Assembly: GCA_002687355.1 (NCBI GenBank)
Contig: NYZZ01000041.1
Coordinates: forward strand, 38,156-102,155
Direction of reading: 5' to 3'
Source of the DNA: Methanobacteriota archaeon
GTDB lineage: Archaea > Thermoplasmatota > Poseidoniia > MGIII > CG-Epi1
Length of the DNA stretch: 64,000 bases
The notes under the pieces are model-generated. The model did no database searches. It was not told the origin of the DNA and saw only the letters and a program-made list of their open reading frames with translations. Shown in pieces: positions 9,688 to 19,500 of this stretch (position 1 is the stretch's first letter; each line of letters opens with the position of its first letter). The translations under genes were made by a program, and so were the position numbers.

Positions 9688-9941
9688 CAGAGAATCCCCA
9701 GTCTATTGCTCAGGTCTTCCGCTGAATGGTCGGCCGTCAGCGTGACGATGGCGAGTTTACCTTCCTTCGTGATGCGGGTGTTAACCCGCTGTGCCTCGAC
9801 CTGAAACAGATCCTGCACCGCGGCGCGGATGTCTGGCTTGCTCGAAGTGCGAGAAACGTAGAACTCGAGCTTGTTATCATCAAGCATGTAGAGCGCACGC
9901 TCCTTCGAACGGGGGCTCAGGATAACGCGGTGTGAACTCAC
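9687..9941 (-). CDS. rpl23: 50S ribosomal protein uL23
   Basis: 84 aa, in the conserved L4-L23-L2 order. Confidence 0.85.
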   Translation of the reverse strand: MSSHRVILSPRSKERALYMLDDNKLEFYVSRTSSKPDIRAAVQDLFQVEAQRVNTRITKEGKLAIVTLTADHSAEDLSNRLGIL

Positions 9942-10720
9942 AGTCGCGCCTCCAGCGCTTTGAGGGCAGGCTGCGAAATCACCATCAGCCGCCCCAGGTC
10001 GCCACCCGGTGCGAGCATCTCGGTGTTGAGCTGCGCCGCTGTGGTTACGTCAACTCCGCCCAGATTGCGGAACGCGCGTTCGGTGCCGTTGAATTCGGAG
10101 AGCACAACCAGCGCGCTCTTCGGTCGGCGATAGCGACGTCCACGCCGCTTGCCTTTACCGGCGCGCACCTTACGCGTCGCGCCCCGTTCGAGTTCGGCGT
10201 CCAATCCGAGCGATACGAACAGCTTCTGTGCACGGCGCGTCAGCGATTCGCCTTCGTGCTTTGCTGCAAGAGATTCAATATCCTTGCTGACGACGAAAGG
10301 CGTTGTTGCTTTTTCCGATAGCTGGTGACCGCGTCCCGCGACGAGCGTCGCGTCAGCGGTGGCCGCCAGCGCCGAACAGAATGCAACGCGGCGTTCACGT
10401 GCGTTGATTTTCTGCGGCCACTGCTTTGATGTTTTGGGCGGATGCGCCCTGCGTCCCCCGACAGTATTGGGCGCCTCTGCTCCACGCCCGTTACCCTGGA
10501 TTCGCGGCGTGCGCGCCATCCCGCGACCCTTGCCGGGCCACTCGGCCGAGTGCTGCATCCCGGCGTGGCGCGAAGGCCCGTAGGGCTGCCGCCGGTTCGC
10601 CTGTGCGGCCCGCACGGCGCGACGCACTAGGTCCTTACGTACCGGGCTGTCGAAGGCGGCCGGCAGCGCAGTCTTTGATTTCCCGACCTTGCCACTGATG
10701 CTGTAGACCGGGACTTTCAT
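9938..10720 (-). CDS. rpl4: 50S ribosomal protein uL4
   Basis: 260 aa, L4-like, conserved position. Confidence 0.9.
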   Translation of the reverse strand: MKVPVYSISGKVGKSKTALPAAFDSPVRKDLVRRAVRAAQANRRQPYGPSRHAGMQHSAEWPGKGRGMARTPRIQGNGRGAEAPNTVGGRRAHPPKTSKQWPQKINARERRVAFCSALAATADATLVAGRGHQLSEKATTPFVVSKDIESLAAKHEGESLTRRAQKLFVSLGLDAELERGATRKVRAGKGKRRGRRYRRPKSALVVLSEFNGTERAFRNLGGVDVTTAAQLNTEMLAPGGDLGRLMVISQPALKALEARL

Positions 10721-10721
10721 T

Positions 10722-11732
10722 TCAGGCCCCCTGCGCAGATTCCTGCGAAAGCATCGTGATTTCCGGGGCGACCTTCGTATCGGCCGCCGTACCGTGGAAG
10801 CGAATGGCCTTGCGGAAGCGAATCAGTCGCTTGCTCGGCCCCGGCAGCGAGCCGTGGAAAAGGGCGTAAGGCCCTCGCACCAGCCCGTAGTGCAGGAAAC
10901 CCCCTTTGGGGTTGATATCGTCAGGATTGTCACCGACTCGCAGTAGCCGCTTGTTGAACTCGGTGCGCTGGTGGTAGCCGGTCTGCCCCGCCTGCGGCAC
11001 AGTTGGCTTGACATACCCAGGTTTGAACGGCCCCAGATTCCCAATCATGCGGCGATGCTTGGAATTTTTATGCGTCAGTAATTTGACTCCCCAGCGCTTG
11101 ACGTGACCCTGGAACCCCTTACCGGTCGTAATCGCAATCGCGTCCAGTATCTCTCCATCCTCGGCGAAGTCCCCCATCACTACTTCCTTACCGAGCATTT
11201 CCTTCGCGAAGGCGAGCTGCGCCGGCAAATCGCCGCCATTTATGGCGACCTCCATAACTTCTGGCTTCTTCTTCGGCACGCCTGTAATGAGTTTGGGCTG
11301 TGTCTGTACCAGTACCCGTATCTCATCTAGTTCAGCCTCTTCAAGCTGCTTCCAGCGCGCCTTGCGGTCCTGCCCCGCGGGAAGCGGCAGCCGCCGTGCG
11401 AGCACCTCGTCCAGCTCCTCGGCCCAGACCTCGCTGAAGGTTCGCAGGCCATAAGTGTCCTGAACATAGCCTCGCACGCCGACGGCGAACATTGGCGGCA
11501 CCTCAACCACAGTCACTGGCATTCGCACTTCCTGCCCTGCGGTCGTCGAAGAACGGCGGTAGTCTATCGCCATGATGTGGGTCATTCCGACCTTGTAGCC
11601 CGCGAATCCCTGCAGTCGTGGCTCGCTGTTGCTGCCAACCGGCCAGCTGGAGACGTGCGGCGTTTCCGAACGCGCACGCTTGCGTGGGCTGTAGGCGCGA
11701 GAGCCTCGTCTGGGTTTGTGGGTCTTCGGCAT
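10722..11732 (-). CDS. rpl3: 50S ribosomal protein uL3
   Basis: 336 aa, L3-like. It is the first gene of the cluster, with a 188-bp upstream leader. Confidence 0.9.
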   Translation of the reverse strand: MPKTHKPRRGSRAYSPRKRARSETPHVSSWPVGSNSEPRLQGFAGYKVGMTHIMAIDYRRSSTTAGQEVRMPVTVVEVPPMFAVGVRGYVQDTYGLRTFSEVWAEELDEVLARRLPLPAGQDRKARWKQLEEAELDEIRVLVQTQPKLITGVPKKKPEVMEVAINGGDLPAQLAFAKEMLGKEVVMGDFAEDGEILDAIAITTGKGFQGHVKRWGVKLLTHKNSKHRRMIGNLGPFKPGYVKPTVPQAGQTGYHQRTEFNKRLLRVGDNPDDINPKGGFLHYGLVRGPYALFHGSLPGPSKRLIRFRKAIRFHGTAADTKVAPEITMLSQESAQGA

Positions 11733-11920
11733 ATGCTGGCTTGCGCTCTCCCGTAGTAGGGACAGGCGCAGAACCGCGCTCTCCCGGGCAAACCGTGACG
11801 TCGTTTCCCGACGAGCAGGAATTAGCTCGCGGGGTGCAGGGATGATTACCCCAAACGTCTGGTTCAGCCAGGCGCGGCTCGCGTCGAAAAACGGACCCTA
11901 TATAAGCGCTGCCTTCGTTT

Positions 11921-13096
11921 TCACGACGATAACTCTACTTCAATCGCTGTCGCCATGCCTCCCCCCAAGCATGCAGTCGCGAAACCACGCTGGCCGCCAG
12001 TGCGACGCAGCGCGCTGACGAGCGTGATGACGATGCGCGCGCCGGAGCAGCCGATGGGGTGGCCCAGCGCGACCGCGCCGCCGCATGGGTTCAGCTTCGC
12101 GTGCTGCAGACCGAGTCCACGCATCACTGCCACCGACGCGGAAGCGAACGCCTCGTTGTGTTCGTAAAGGTCGTAATCTACCTCGGAACGGCCGCGTTGA
12201 GCCCAGAGCAGTTGTACTGTGGGGACCGGCGCCCACATAACATCCATGGGCGCAAGCCCAGTTGCTGCCTGCGCCGTGATGGTCGCCAGTGGCGCGATAT
12301 CGTGCTCCGCGGCAGTCTCGCGCGCCATCACTACCAGTGCCGCTCCCCCATCGGAAATCTGTGACGCGTTGCCGGCAGTCACGACACCACGATCGCCAAA
12401 GACCGGTTTCAGTACGGCCAAGGTTTCTGCCGACGCGTCGGGTCGGACGCCCTCGTCGCGTGTCACGTCACCTTGCGGCGTGGCTACAGGGGTGATTTCG
12501 TCCGTATACCAGCCTGCGTCAGTAGCGTGCGTGGCGCGGTGGTGTGACTCGAGCGCGAAGGCGTCGCTGTCGGCTCGACTGACGTCGTGCTCCGCGGCGA
12601 TGTGGTCACCAGTACACCCCATTGCAATGTCGTGGTAAGGGTCGCAGAGTCCGTCGTGGAACAGGTGGTCGATCGGCTCTGTCGAAGAGTCAGGCTTCCA
12701 CTTCTGACGACCAATGAGAAATGGCGTGCGCGACATAGACTCCATCCCACCCGCGACGACGACGTCACGCTCGCCAGCGCGGATGCTGTTGGCGGCGTTC
12801 ATCAATGCTTTCATCCCTGAGCCGCACATTTTGTTGATATTGTACGCCGGGACTGCGTCAGGAATCCCACCGCTGAGCGCCGCTTGGCGGGCAGGGTGTT
12901 GCCCTAGCCCAGCCGAAAGCACAATCCCCATCACTACCTCTTCGACCATTTCCGGTGCGATGCTGGCACGGGCGATTGCGGCCCGAATGGCGATTGCACC
13001 GAGTTCGGGTGCATCGACCTCGGCCAGCGCGCCGCCGAACTTGCCCTGCGGTGTGCGCGCGAAGCTGACGATAACTGGGTCTCGCTTACCGGGCAT
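11921..13096 (-). CDS. acetyl-CoA C-acetyltransferase (thiolase)
   Basis: Thiolase N-terminus VIVSFARTPQGKFGG and a conserved C-terminal Cys/His/Gly region. Start set at ATG 13096 (MPGKRDP); the ORF is open to 13333 and an alternative ATG lies at 13141. Confidence 0.8.
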   Translation of the reverse strand: MPGKRDPVIVSFARTPQGKFGGALAEVDAPELGAIAIRAAIARASIAPEMVEEVVMGIVLSAGLGQHPARQAALSGGIPDAVPAYNINKMCGSGMKALMNAANSIRAGERDVVVAGGMESMSRTPFLIGRQKWKPDSSTEPIDHLFHDGLCDPYHDIAMGCTGDHIAAEHDVSRADSDAFALESHHRATHATDAGWYTDEITPVATPQGDVTRDEGVRPDASAETLAVLKPVFGDRGVVTAGNASQISDGGAALVVMARETAAEHDIAPLATITAQAATGLAPMDVMWAPVPTVQLLWAQRGRSEVDYDLYEHNEAFASASVAVMRGLGLQHAKLNPCGGAVALGHPIGCSGARIVITLVSALRRTGGQRGFATACLGGGMATAIEVELSS

Positions 13097-13170
13097 GGGA
13101 CTTCCACCGTCAAGTTCGTAAAAGCACTTGGGGGAAGCCATTAAACCAAGAGCAGGGTCCGCAGCGCGCG

Positions 13171-15663
13171 ATGCCGGAATTCCGGATTTCCGAGAAACGC
13201 TGGTCAGTTGACCTAGAGCAGCGAATCCAGAAGGAGCACTACGCCGATGACGAGGTGTACCAGCGCCGCTATGGCTTCGACCCCGCTTCAGGGCGCGAGC
13301 TGTTCGTAATTGACACGCCGCCACCCTACCCATCGGGAACTTGGCACATCGGTGCTGTCGCGCACTACTCGATGATTGACGTTATCGCGCGCACCCAGCG
13401 CCTGCTTGGCAAGGATGTAAAATTCCCATGGGGCGTTGACCGCAACGGCATCAATGTCGAGTTTACTGTCGAGAAGAAGCACGGCCGCAAGATGCGTAGC
13501 TGGGAGCGTGGTGAATTCCTGGATTTGTGCCGCGAAACCATTGAATCTTACACTCGCGAAATGCGACATATCGCGCGCCGCGTTGGCCTCTCGTGTGATT
13601 TTGCTAATGAATACCAGACCGACGCCGCAGATTATCGCTCGGTAACGCAGTCCATCTTCGTTGATCTGTTTCGCCGCGGTGAGATAGTCGAGGCGTTGCG
13701 ACCGAACCTCTACGACCCGGTCGAGGGCACCACTATCGCCGAGGCAGAGGTGATGCGGTTGCAGCGTCAGGCCAAATTGTTAGACGTGCGTTGGTCGCCC
13801 ACCGACGGCGGTGATGACGTAATCATCTCGACTACGCGCCCTGAACTTATCTGCGCCTGTGGTGTCGTCATCGTCCATCCCGATGACGAACGCTATGCAC
13901 ATCTTGTCGGCAGCAAGCTGCAGCTACCGCTGCCAGTGGGTGATCGTCTCGCTGAGGTGGAAGTGCGCACTCGCTCTAGTGTTGACATGGAATTCGGTAG
14001 TGGAGTGCTGATGGTGTGCAGTTTCGGTGATCAGAACGACGTTGCCGTCTTTCGCGAAATGCGGCTGGAACCATTCCCTGCCATTAGTCTTGACGGTTGC
14101 ATGACTGAAGTTGCTGGCCCGCTCGCCGGTCTGCCGGTGGCGGAGGCGCGAAAGCGCGCGATTGAGCTTCTCGAAACGGATGAACGCATCGCCGCCAGTG
14201 TCGAGCGCAATCAGGAGATCCCAGTCTCAGAGCGCGGTAAGAATCCAATCGAGATTATCCTGCTCAAGGAGTGGTATGTGCGGCAGACGCACATCTTGGA
14301 GCGGATGCGCGAGTTGGCTGACGAAATCAATTTCGTCCCACTACGCAACAAGCAGTTCCTGCTTGACTGGATGGACGGCATCACCATCGACTGGCCGGTT
14401 TCACGCCGCCGTTGGTACCACACCGAAATCCCAGTATGGTATTCCGCTGACCGCACGCGCGTCATCGTGCCACCCGCCGGTAGCTACGTCCAGCCCTGGC
14501 GCGAGGCACCTCCTGCCGGTTCAACGGTCTTGGACCGTGAAAGCCGCGTAGAGTTGGGAAGCTATGAAACGCTCGCGAAGGAGCTAGGGGAGCTTGAGGG
14601 CGAAGAGAAGGTATTCGACACTTGGATGGACTCGTCGAATTCGAACCTGTTCGTCAGCGGGTACCTTCGTGATGACGAACTCTTCGCTCACTCGTTCCCG
14701 ACTACGCTACGCCCGCAGGGAAAGGAAATAGTTCGCACTTGGCTCTACTACACACTACTCAAGAGCGCGCTATTACTCGATAAGCCGGGCTTTGCCAACG
14801 TCTGGATTGACGGGTTGGGGATGGACCCGTGGGGGCGCAAAATGTCCAAGTCGCTCGGCAATGGTATTGACGCAGAGTCGGTGCTCGAGTGCGGTGCTGC
14901 TGGTCGCACCGGCGCATGGAAAATTCGTGGCCCGGGCGGCAAGCAGGTGACGCTGCGCGCCAACAAGGTGGGCTCTGAGTGTTTCCGGCTCTGGAAGGCG
15001 TGCGACGCGCAAGTGGGCGACGACTTTCAGATTAACCCGGAGGAAATTGAGGCGAAATATTTTGGGGTGCTCACGAAGATTTTCAATGTCGCGCGCTTCG
15101 CATCGCAGTTCCCTGTTCCGGTAATGGAGCAGCATCCCGAACTGGCACCGGAGGACCGCTGGCTGCTGGCCGAGTTCAGTGCAGTGCTCGAGACGGTCCA
15201 GCATGGCTACTCTGCTATCGACATCTTCCGCAGCGGACAAGCGCTGAAGCAGTTCGGCACCGGCCTCTTCCCAGGCCACTGGCTCGAGATGGCCAAGCAA
15301 CGGCTCTACTCTGGCAACGCCTCAGCAACCTGGACGCTGCACCGGACGCTGCACGATCTGTTGGTAATGCTCTCGCCCATTTGCCCATTCTTCTGCCATT
15401 TCCTGTCGGAAACACTCTACGGCCATAGCGCCGTCGAGAAGCGCGAGTTTCCCATGCCGCCGCTGACCGAGTTAGCCGTAAATGCCTCGGAAGGCGACCG
15501 ACTACGTGGCCTGACTACTGCACTGGTCGAGTTTAATTCGGCAACTTGGAAGTCGAAGAAGGACGCCGGGCTCTCGCTCGCGGCCGAAATTACCGGAATC
15601 ACCGTACCGGACGTGCTCGAGGAGTTCAATGACGCCTTACAGGCGATGCATAAGTTGGCTTGA
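13171..15663 (+). CDS. valS: class I aminoacyl-tRNA synthetase, most likely valine--tRNA ligase
   Basis: PPPYPSG..H.G..H region, a CP1 editing-domain motif TTRPE...VIVHPDDERY (VHPEDERY is ValRS-like), and an intact KMSKS (GRKMSKSLGNGID). 830 aa. Confidence 0.7.
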   Translation: MPEFRISEKRWSVDLEQRIQKEHYADDEVYQRRYGFDPASGRELFVIDTPPPYPSGTWHIGAVAHYSMIDVIARTQRLLGKDVKFPWGVDRNGINVEFTVEKKHGRKMRSWERGEFLDLCRETIESYTREMRHIARRVGLSCDFANEYQTDAADYRSVTQSIFVDLFRRGEIVEALRPNLYDPVEGTTIAEAEVMRLQRQAKLLDVRWSPTDGGDDVIISTTRPELICACGVVIVHPDDERYAHLVGSKLQLPLPVGDRLAEVEVRTRSSVDMEFGSGVLMVCSFGDQNDVAVFREMRLEPFPAISLDGCMTEVAGPLAGLPVAEARKRAIELLETDERIAASVERNQEIPVSERGKNPIEIILLKEWYVRQTHILERMRELADEINFVPLRNKQFLLDWMDGITIDWPVSRRRWYHTEIPVWYSADRTRVIVPPAGSYVQPWREAPPAGSTVLDRESRVELGSYETLAKELGELEGEEKVFDTWMDSSNSNLFVSGYLRDDELFAHSFPTTLRPQGKEIVRTWLYYTLLKSALLLDKPGFANVWIDGLGMDPWGRKMSKSLGNGIDAESVLECGAAGRTGAWKIRGPGGKQVTLRANKVGSECFRLWKACDAQVGDDFQINPEEIEAKYFGVLTKIFNVARFASQFPVPVMEQHPELAPEDRWLLAEFSAVLETVQHGYSAIDIFRSGQALKQFGTGLFPGHWLEMAKQRLYSGNASATWTLHRTLHDLLVMLSPICPFFCHFLSETLYGHSAVEKREFPMPPLTELAVNASEGDRLRGLTTALVEFNSATWKSKKDAGLSLAAEITGITVPDVLEEFNDALQAMHKLA

Positions 15664-15678
15664 TTTTCCTGACGACTA

Positions 15679-16500
15679 CTATTTAAATTTACGCAGCGCA
15701 TTTATGACATCAATCGCCTGCCGCGTTGCTGCGACATCATGTACGCGTACGATGTCGGCGCCCGCCAGCGCAGCGGTGACCGCAGCGGCGAGTGAGCCAG
15801 GCAGCCGCTGCTCAGGTCCAGCACCTACTAGCATCTCCAGCCATGACTTGCGGCTGGCACCGAGAAGCATACCACCAGCAATATCCTTGAACTCGTCCAA
15901 CCGCGCCATCAGCGCTAAATTGTGCTCTAATGTTTTTCCAAAACCGATACCGGGATCGATGATGAGCTGGTCACGCATGATGCCTGCTTCCTCTGCGGCA
16001 GCGACCCGTTTTGCCAGCCACAACTTTACGTCAGCGACAATCTCGTTGTAATCGGGGTTGCGCTGCATTGTCTCTGGTGTACCCTGCATGTGCATTACCA
16101 CCACTGGAACGCCCAGCTTCGCCACTGCGGCAACCATTTCCGGATCACGCAGACCGCCGACGTCGTTAATCAGCACAGCACCAGCTTCCACGGCATCGCA
16201 CGCGATTGCCGGCTTGCGCGAGTCAATTGAAATCGGGATTTTCAGCTCTGCAGCGAGCGCAGCGATGACTGGCACGACTCGCTCTCGCTCCTCTGCTTCC
16301 GGAATTGGAGGTGCACCGGGGCGAGTGGACTCTCCGCCGACATCGATGATTTCAGCGCCATCTTCGACCATCTCACGTCCACGCGCGATTGCTGTTACAG
16401 TTGTACTATAGCGCCCCCGGTCGTAGAATGAGTCTGGCGTGACGTTCAGGACACCCATTACGCGACAGCGACCGTCCAGCTCTAGGCTACCGATGTGCAT
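15679..16500 (-). CDS. folP: dihydropteroate synthase
   Basis: Pterin-binding fold motifs (VMGVLNVTPDSFYDRG...IIDVGGESTRPGA...). Its start codon directly abuts the stop of the upstream giant gene. Confidence 0.85.
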   Translation of the reverse strand: MHIGSLELDGRCRVMGVLNVTPDSFYDRGRYSTTVTAIARGREMVEDGAEIIDVGGESTRPGAPPIPEAEERERVVPVIAALAAELKIPISIDSRKPAIACDAVEAGAVLINDVGGLRDPEMVAAVAKLGVPVVVMHMQGTPETMQRNPDYNEIVADVKLWLAKRVAAAEEAGIMRDQLIIDPGIGFGKTLEHNLALMARLDEFKDIAGGMLLGASRKSWLEMLVGAGPEQRLPGSLAAAVTAALAGADIVRVHDVAATRQAIDVINALRKFK

Positions 16501-19500
16501 CTATTCGCGTAGGACGAATTGCGACTGGCAATGAGGGCAGCCAACTTGGATGGGGCGCTGCGGTGTGTGGACTGCAAGAGTGCTGTTACATGATGGGCAC
16601 GCCAGCTCGAGCGGACCGTCCACAGTGTCGTCAAACTCTGCTTCGCCACCGTCGCCGCGCAACCACCCTATCCCCATCGCACCACCTGCCAGCAGTACCG
16701 TTCCGAGCAGTACCAATCCTAGCAGTTTCATCAAGTCCAATCCTCCCTCGTCGCCGTCGTCAGTAGTAGTTACGGCCGCCTTGACCGTCACCTGCACCTC
16801 ATTGCTCCCGGTTCTTTCGCCGCGCTCATCTTCGACCCACACCGCTGCGGTGTAGGTGCCGGGGGTGTTGAACACCTTGCTGAAGCTGCTCTTGTCATAG
16901 TCGTTAAGCAGGTTTACCTCACGACCCATTGGATCTGTCACGGTCCAGTCAAAGCTCAGCGCCGTATTGTCTCCGTCCGGGTCACTTGACTCAGCCGCCG
17001 AGAAAGTGACCGCCTCGCCGGTCTGCACCTCAATCCCGGTATCTGATGTTATAGGATTCCCCTGAACGAAGACCGTCACTCTCGCCATTGCTAGTGGTGG
17101 TTGGTTAGTGGCTCGCGTGACCGTTACGTAGAATGGGTCTGATGGTGCGCTAGTGAGCAGGTCGTCATCACCCAGCCCCGATGATAATTCACGCACGATA
17201 AGTTTTGCTTGATAGGTAATCTGATTGTTACCGGCTGGCAGGGTGTAGTTGTAGCCGTTACCAGTCAGGCCGGAGTTATCAACCTCCAGGAACTGCCCGT
17301 TGACCAGCTTGAAGACCCAGTCACCGCTACCGACGGACTTGCGAACTAAATCTCCGCTATCTAAATCACCGTCTGGGTTGAAGATTGGGTTGCGGTAGAG
17401 CAGTGTTACTCCCCCATCCTCCAGCCAGTCACTATAGATCCCATCGCCCAAAATGAGTCGGTACTCCAAATCAGCCCGGTCGTCCGGGTCGTACGAGGTG
17501 GAGAAGTCAAAGGTAACATACTCGCCCAGTGCGACAGACGTAGTGTTGCCGTTCAGCATCGCTATCGGTTGGCTGTTGGCCTTTACTGTCAGCGAGAGTA
17601 CGACTTCTTCTGACGGCAGATTCCTGCTATCGCGTACCTGAACCCGTATTAGGTATTCACCTGGATTGGTGAATTCAATATCTTCATCCCAGTCATTGCG
17701 CCAGGAGGTCCACCCCCCCGCGTAGAAGCGGTACTGCAGGTTAGGCACTTCGTCATCGGCATCCGCCATACCGTCGGTGGTTTCGTTGTCCCACGAGCCT
17801 CTGGCATCAACCCTCACCTTCTCATTGACCCACACCGTCGCGGTATCGAGTGTGGCGACCGCGTGCGGTGCATCGTTGGGCACTCCGTCCACATTTAAGG
17901 TAGTGAAGTCGGCGTTGTTGCTCTTGCGCGTCTCCTGACTAGAAAGGTCAATAACCTCAGCATACACTTCGTGGTAGCCTGGATCCAGATCCAGGTAGCC
18001 CCAGCCCAGTTCTAGGCTCAGCTCGGCCCCTGACGCGAGTGCCTGGCAGCCGTCTGGTTGGTTTGGCTCACTAACGCGACACGTGAACTCGCGCACCTCA
18101 TTCGACGAGCGTGGTTCCCCATCATAGATAGTAAGTCGCCATTCCGAAGTCGCGGCACCGCCCACGTTGCGGAAGGTGACGTTCACTTGCAAGTCATTGT
18201 CTTCGTTGGGCTGGTCGCTCTCGGCTGGTGCCGGCTCTTCACCGCCGACTCCGCTCCAGCTAATGGCGATATCGTCGCCCACCACCACCAAATCGGGGGT
18301 ACTGGTCTGTCCCACAGAGGTCATGACCCACAGGTAGACATTGCTTCCTGTGATGATTTCAGGGACTCCATCATTTTGTAGGTCAGCTATCTCCAATCCC
18401 CCATAGTGGGCGGTCATCCCGGAGAGTGAGCTAGTATGGGCTTCGTAATCCCGGGTCTCGCCATCGTAAACCCAGAGTTGGCCGCCATTGGTGCCCCACG
18501 CAATCTCGGAATGAGTATCATTGTCGAAGTCCCCACCGGCAATACCCCAGACGGAACCATAGTCAACTTCGCGGCTCCACTCCAGTGCGCGGCTCTCGCC
18601 GTTGTAAATGATAACGCGTGCCTTTTCGTCACCTTTCTTAGCGGTGCCAACTAGGATTTCGTTGCCTCCATCGTCATCCACATCAGTCAGGGCCAATCCA
18701 TACGCCTCACTCCGGTCAGTATCGATGATGTCCCCGTCGAGTTCATAGCTGCCGCCACTGGCGTGGTAGACTCGCACACTCCCCGACGCGGTGCCCGCTA
18801 CCAGTTCGTTCTGCGCGTCGTCATCGGCATTGCCGGTCGCCAGCCCCACTACGACTTCTTCTAGGTCGCCGCTGCCCCACTCCTCGCCGTAGCTGCTGCC
18901 GTCATAGCCGAATACCCGCACTTCACCATGTGGGTATGGAGTCACGGTGCTTCCTGACAGGACATACTCAATGTAGCCGGTGGCAACGCCGATTTCAGGG
19001 TAAGTAGAGCCGTCCAACTCCGTCACTGACAACCCCAGTGCCGAGTCGATGTTGTCGCTCTGGTAGCTCTGGGTAAAGCTATTGCCAGAGCGGTCGAAGA
19101 TGTAGAGATAACCTTCGCTTCCCTCACCATCCACGCGTCCTTCGTCAGGGGCACCGGTGCTGATTACAATTTCCACATCATTATCGTTGTCCACGTCCGC
19201 CACCACGATACCAACAGGCAGCTTCTCCATTACAGGGCTGACCCAGTCCACGACGTGCGTTTCACCGTCAAAGGCAACAACCTGTCCTGAGCCGCAGCCG
19301 ACCAGTACTTCCAGTGCCGGGTCATCATCAATATCGCCAGCAGCGACCCCCCAGGTCTGTCCGCCTCGCAAGCTGTAGACCGGGCTCCACTCACCCTGCT
19401 GGGGCTCGGTGCTCCAGACTAGTTGCGGGTCGTTGTTACCATCAATTTCCCACGCCTTCAGGACGCCATCATCACCACCGTGGATGACCCACGGTTTGGT

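Noticed and set aside
16504-16670. RGD tripeptide (…WLRGDGGE…) in the giant integrin-like protein
   Set aside because: It lies on the predicted cytoplasmic side just after the TM helix, so it is unlikely to be an integrin-ligand-type motif; probably coincidental.
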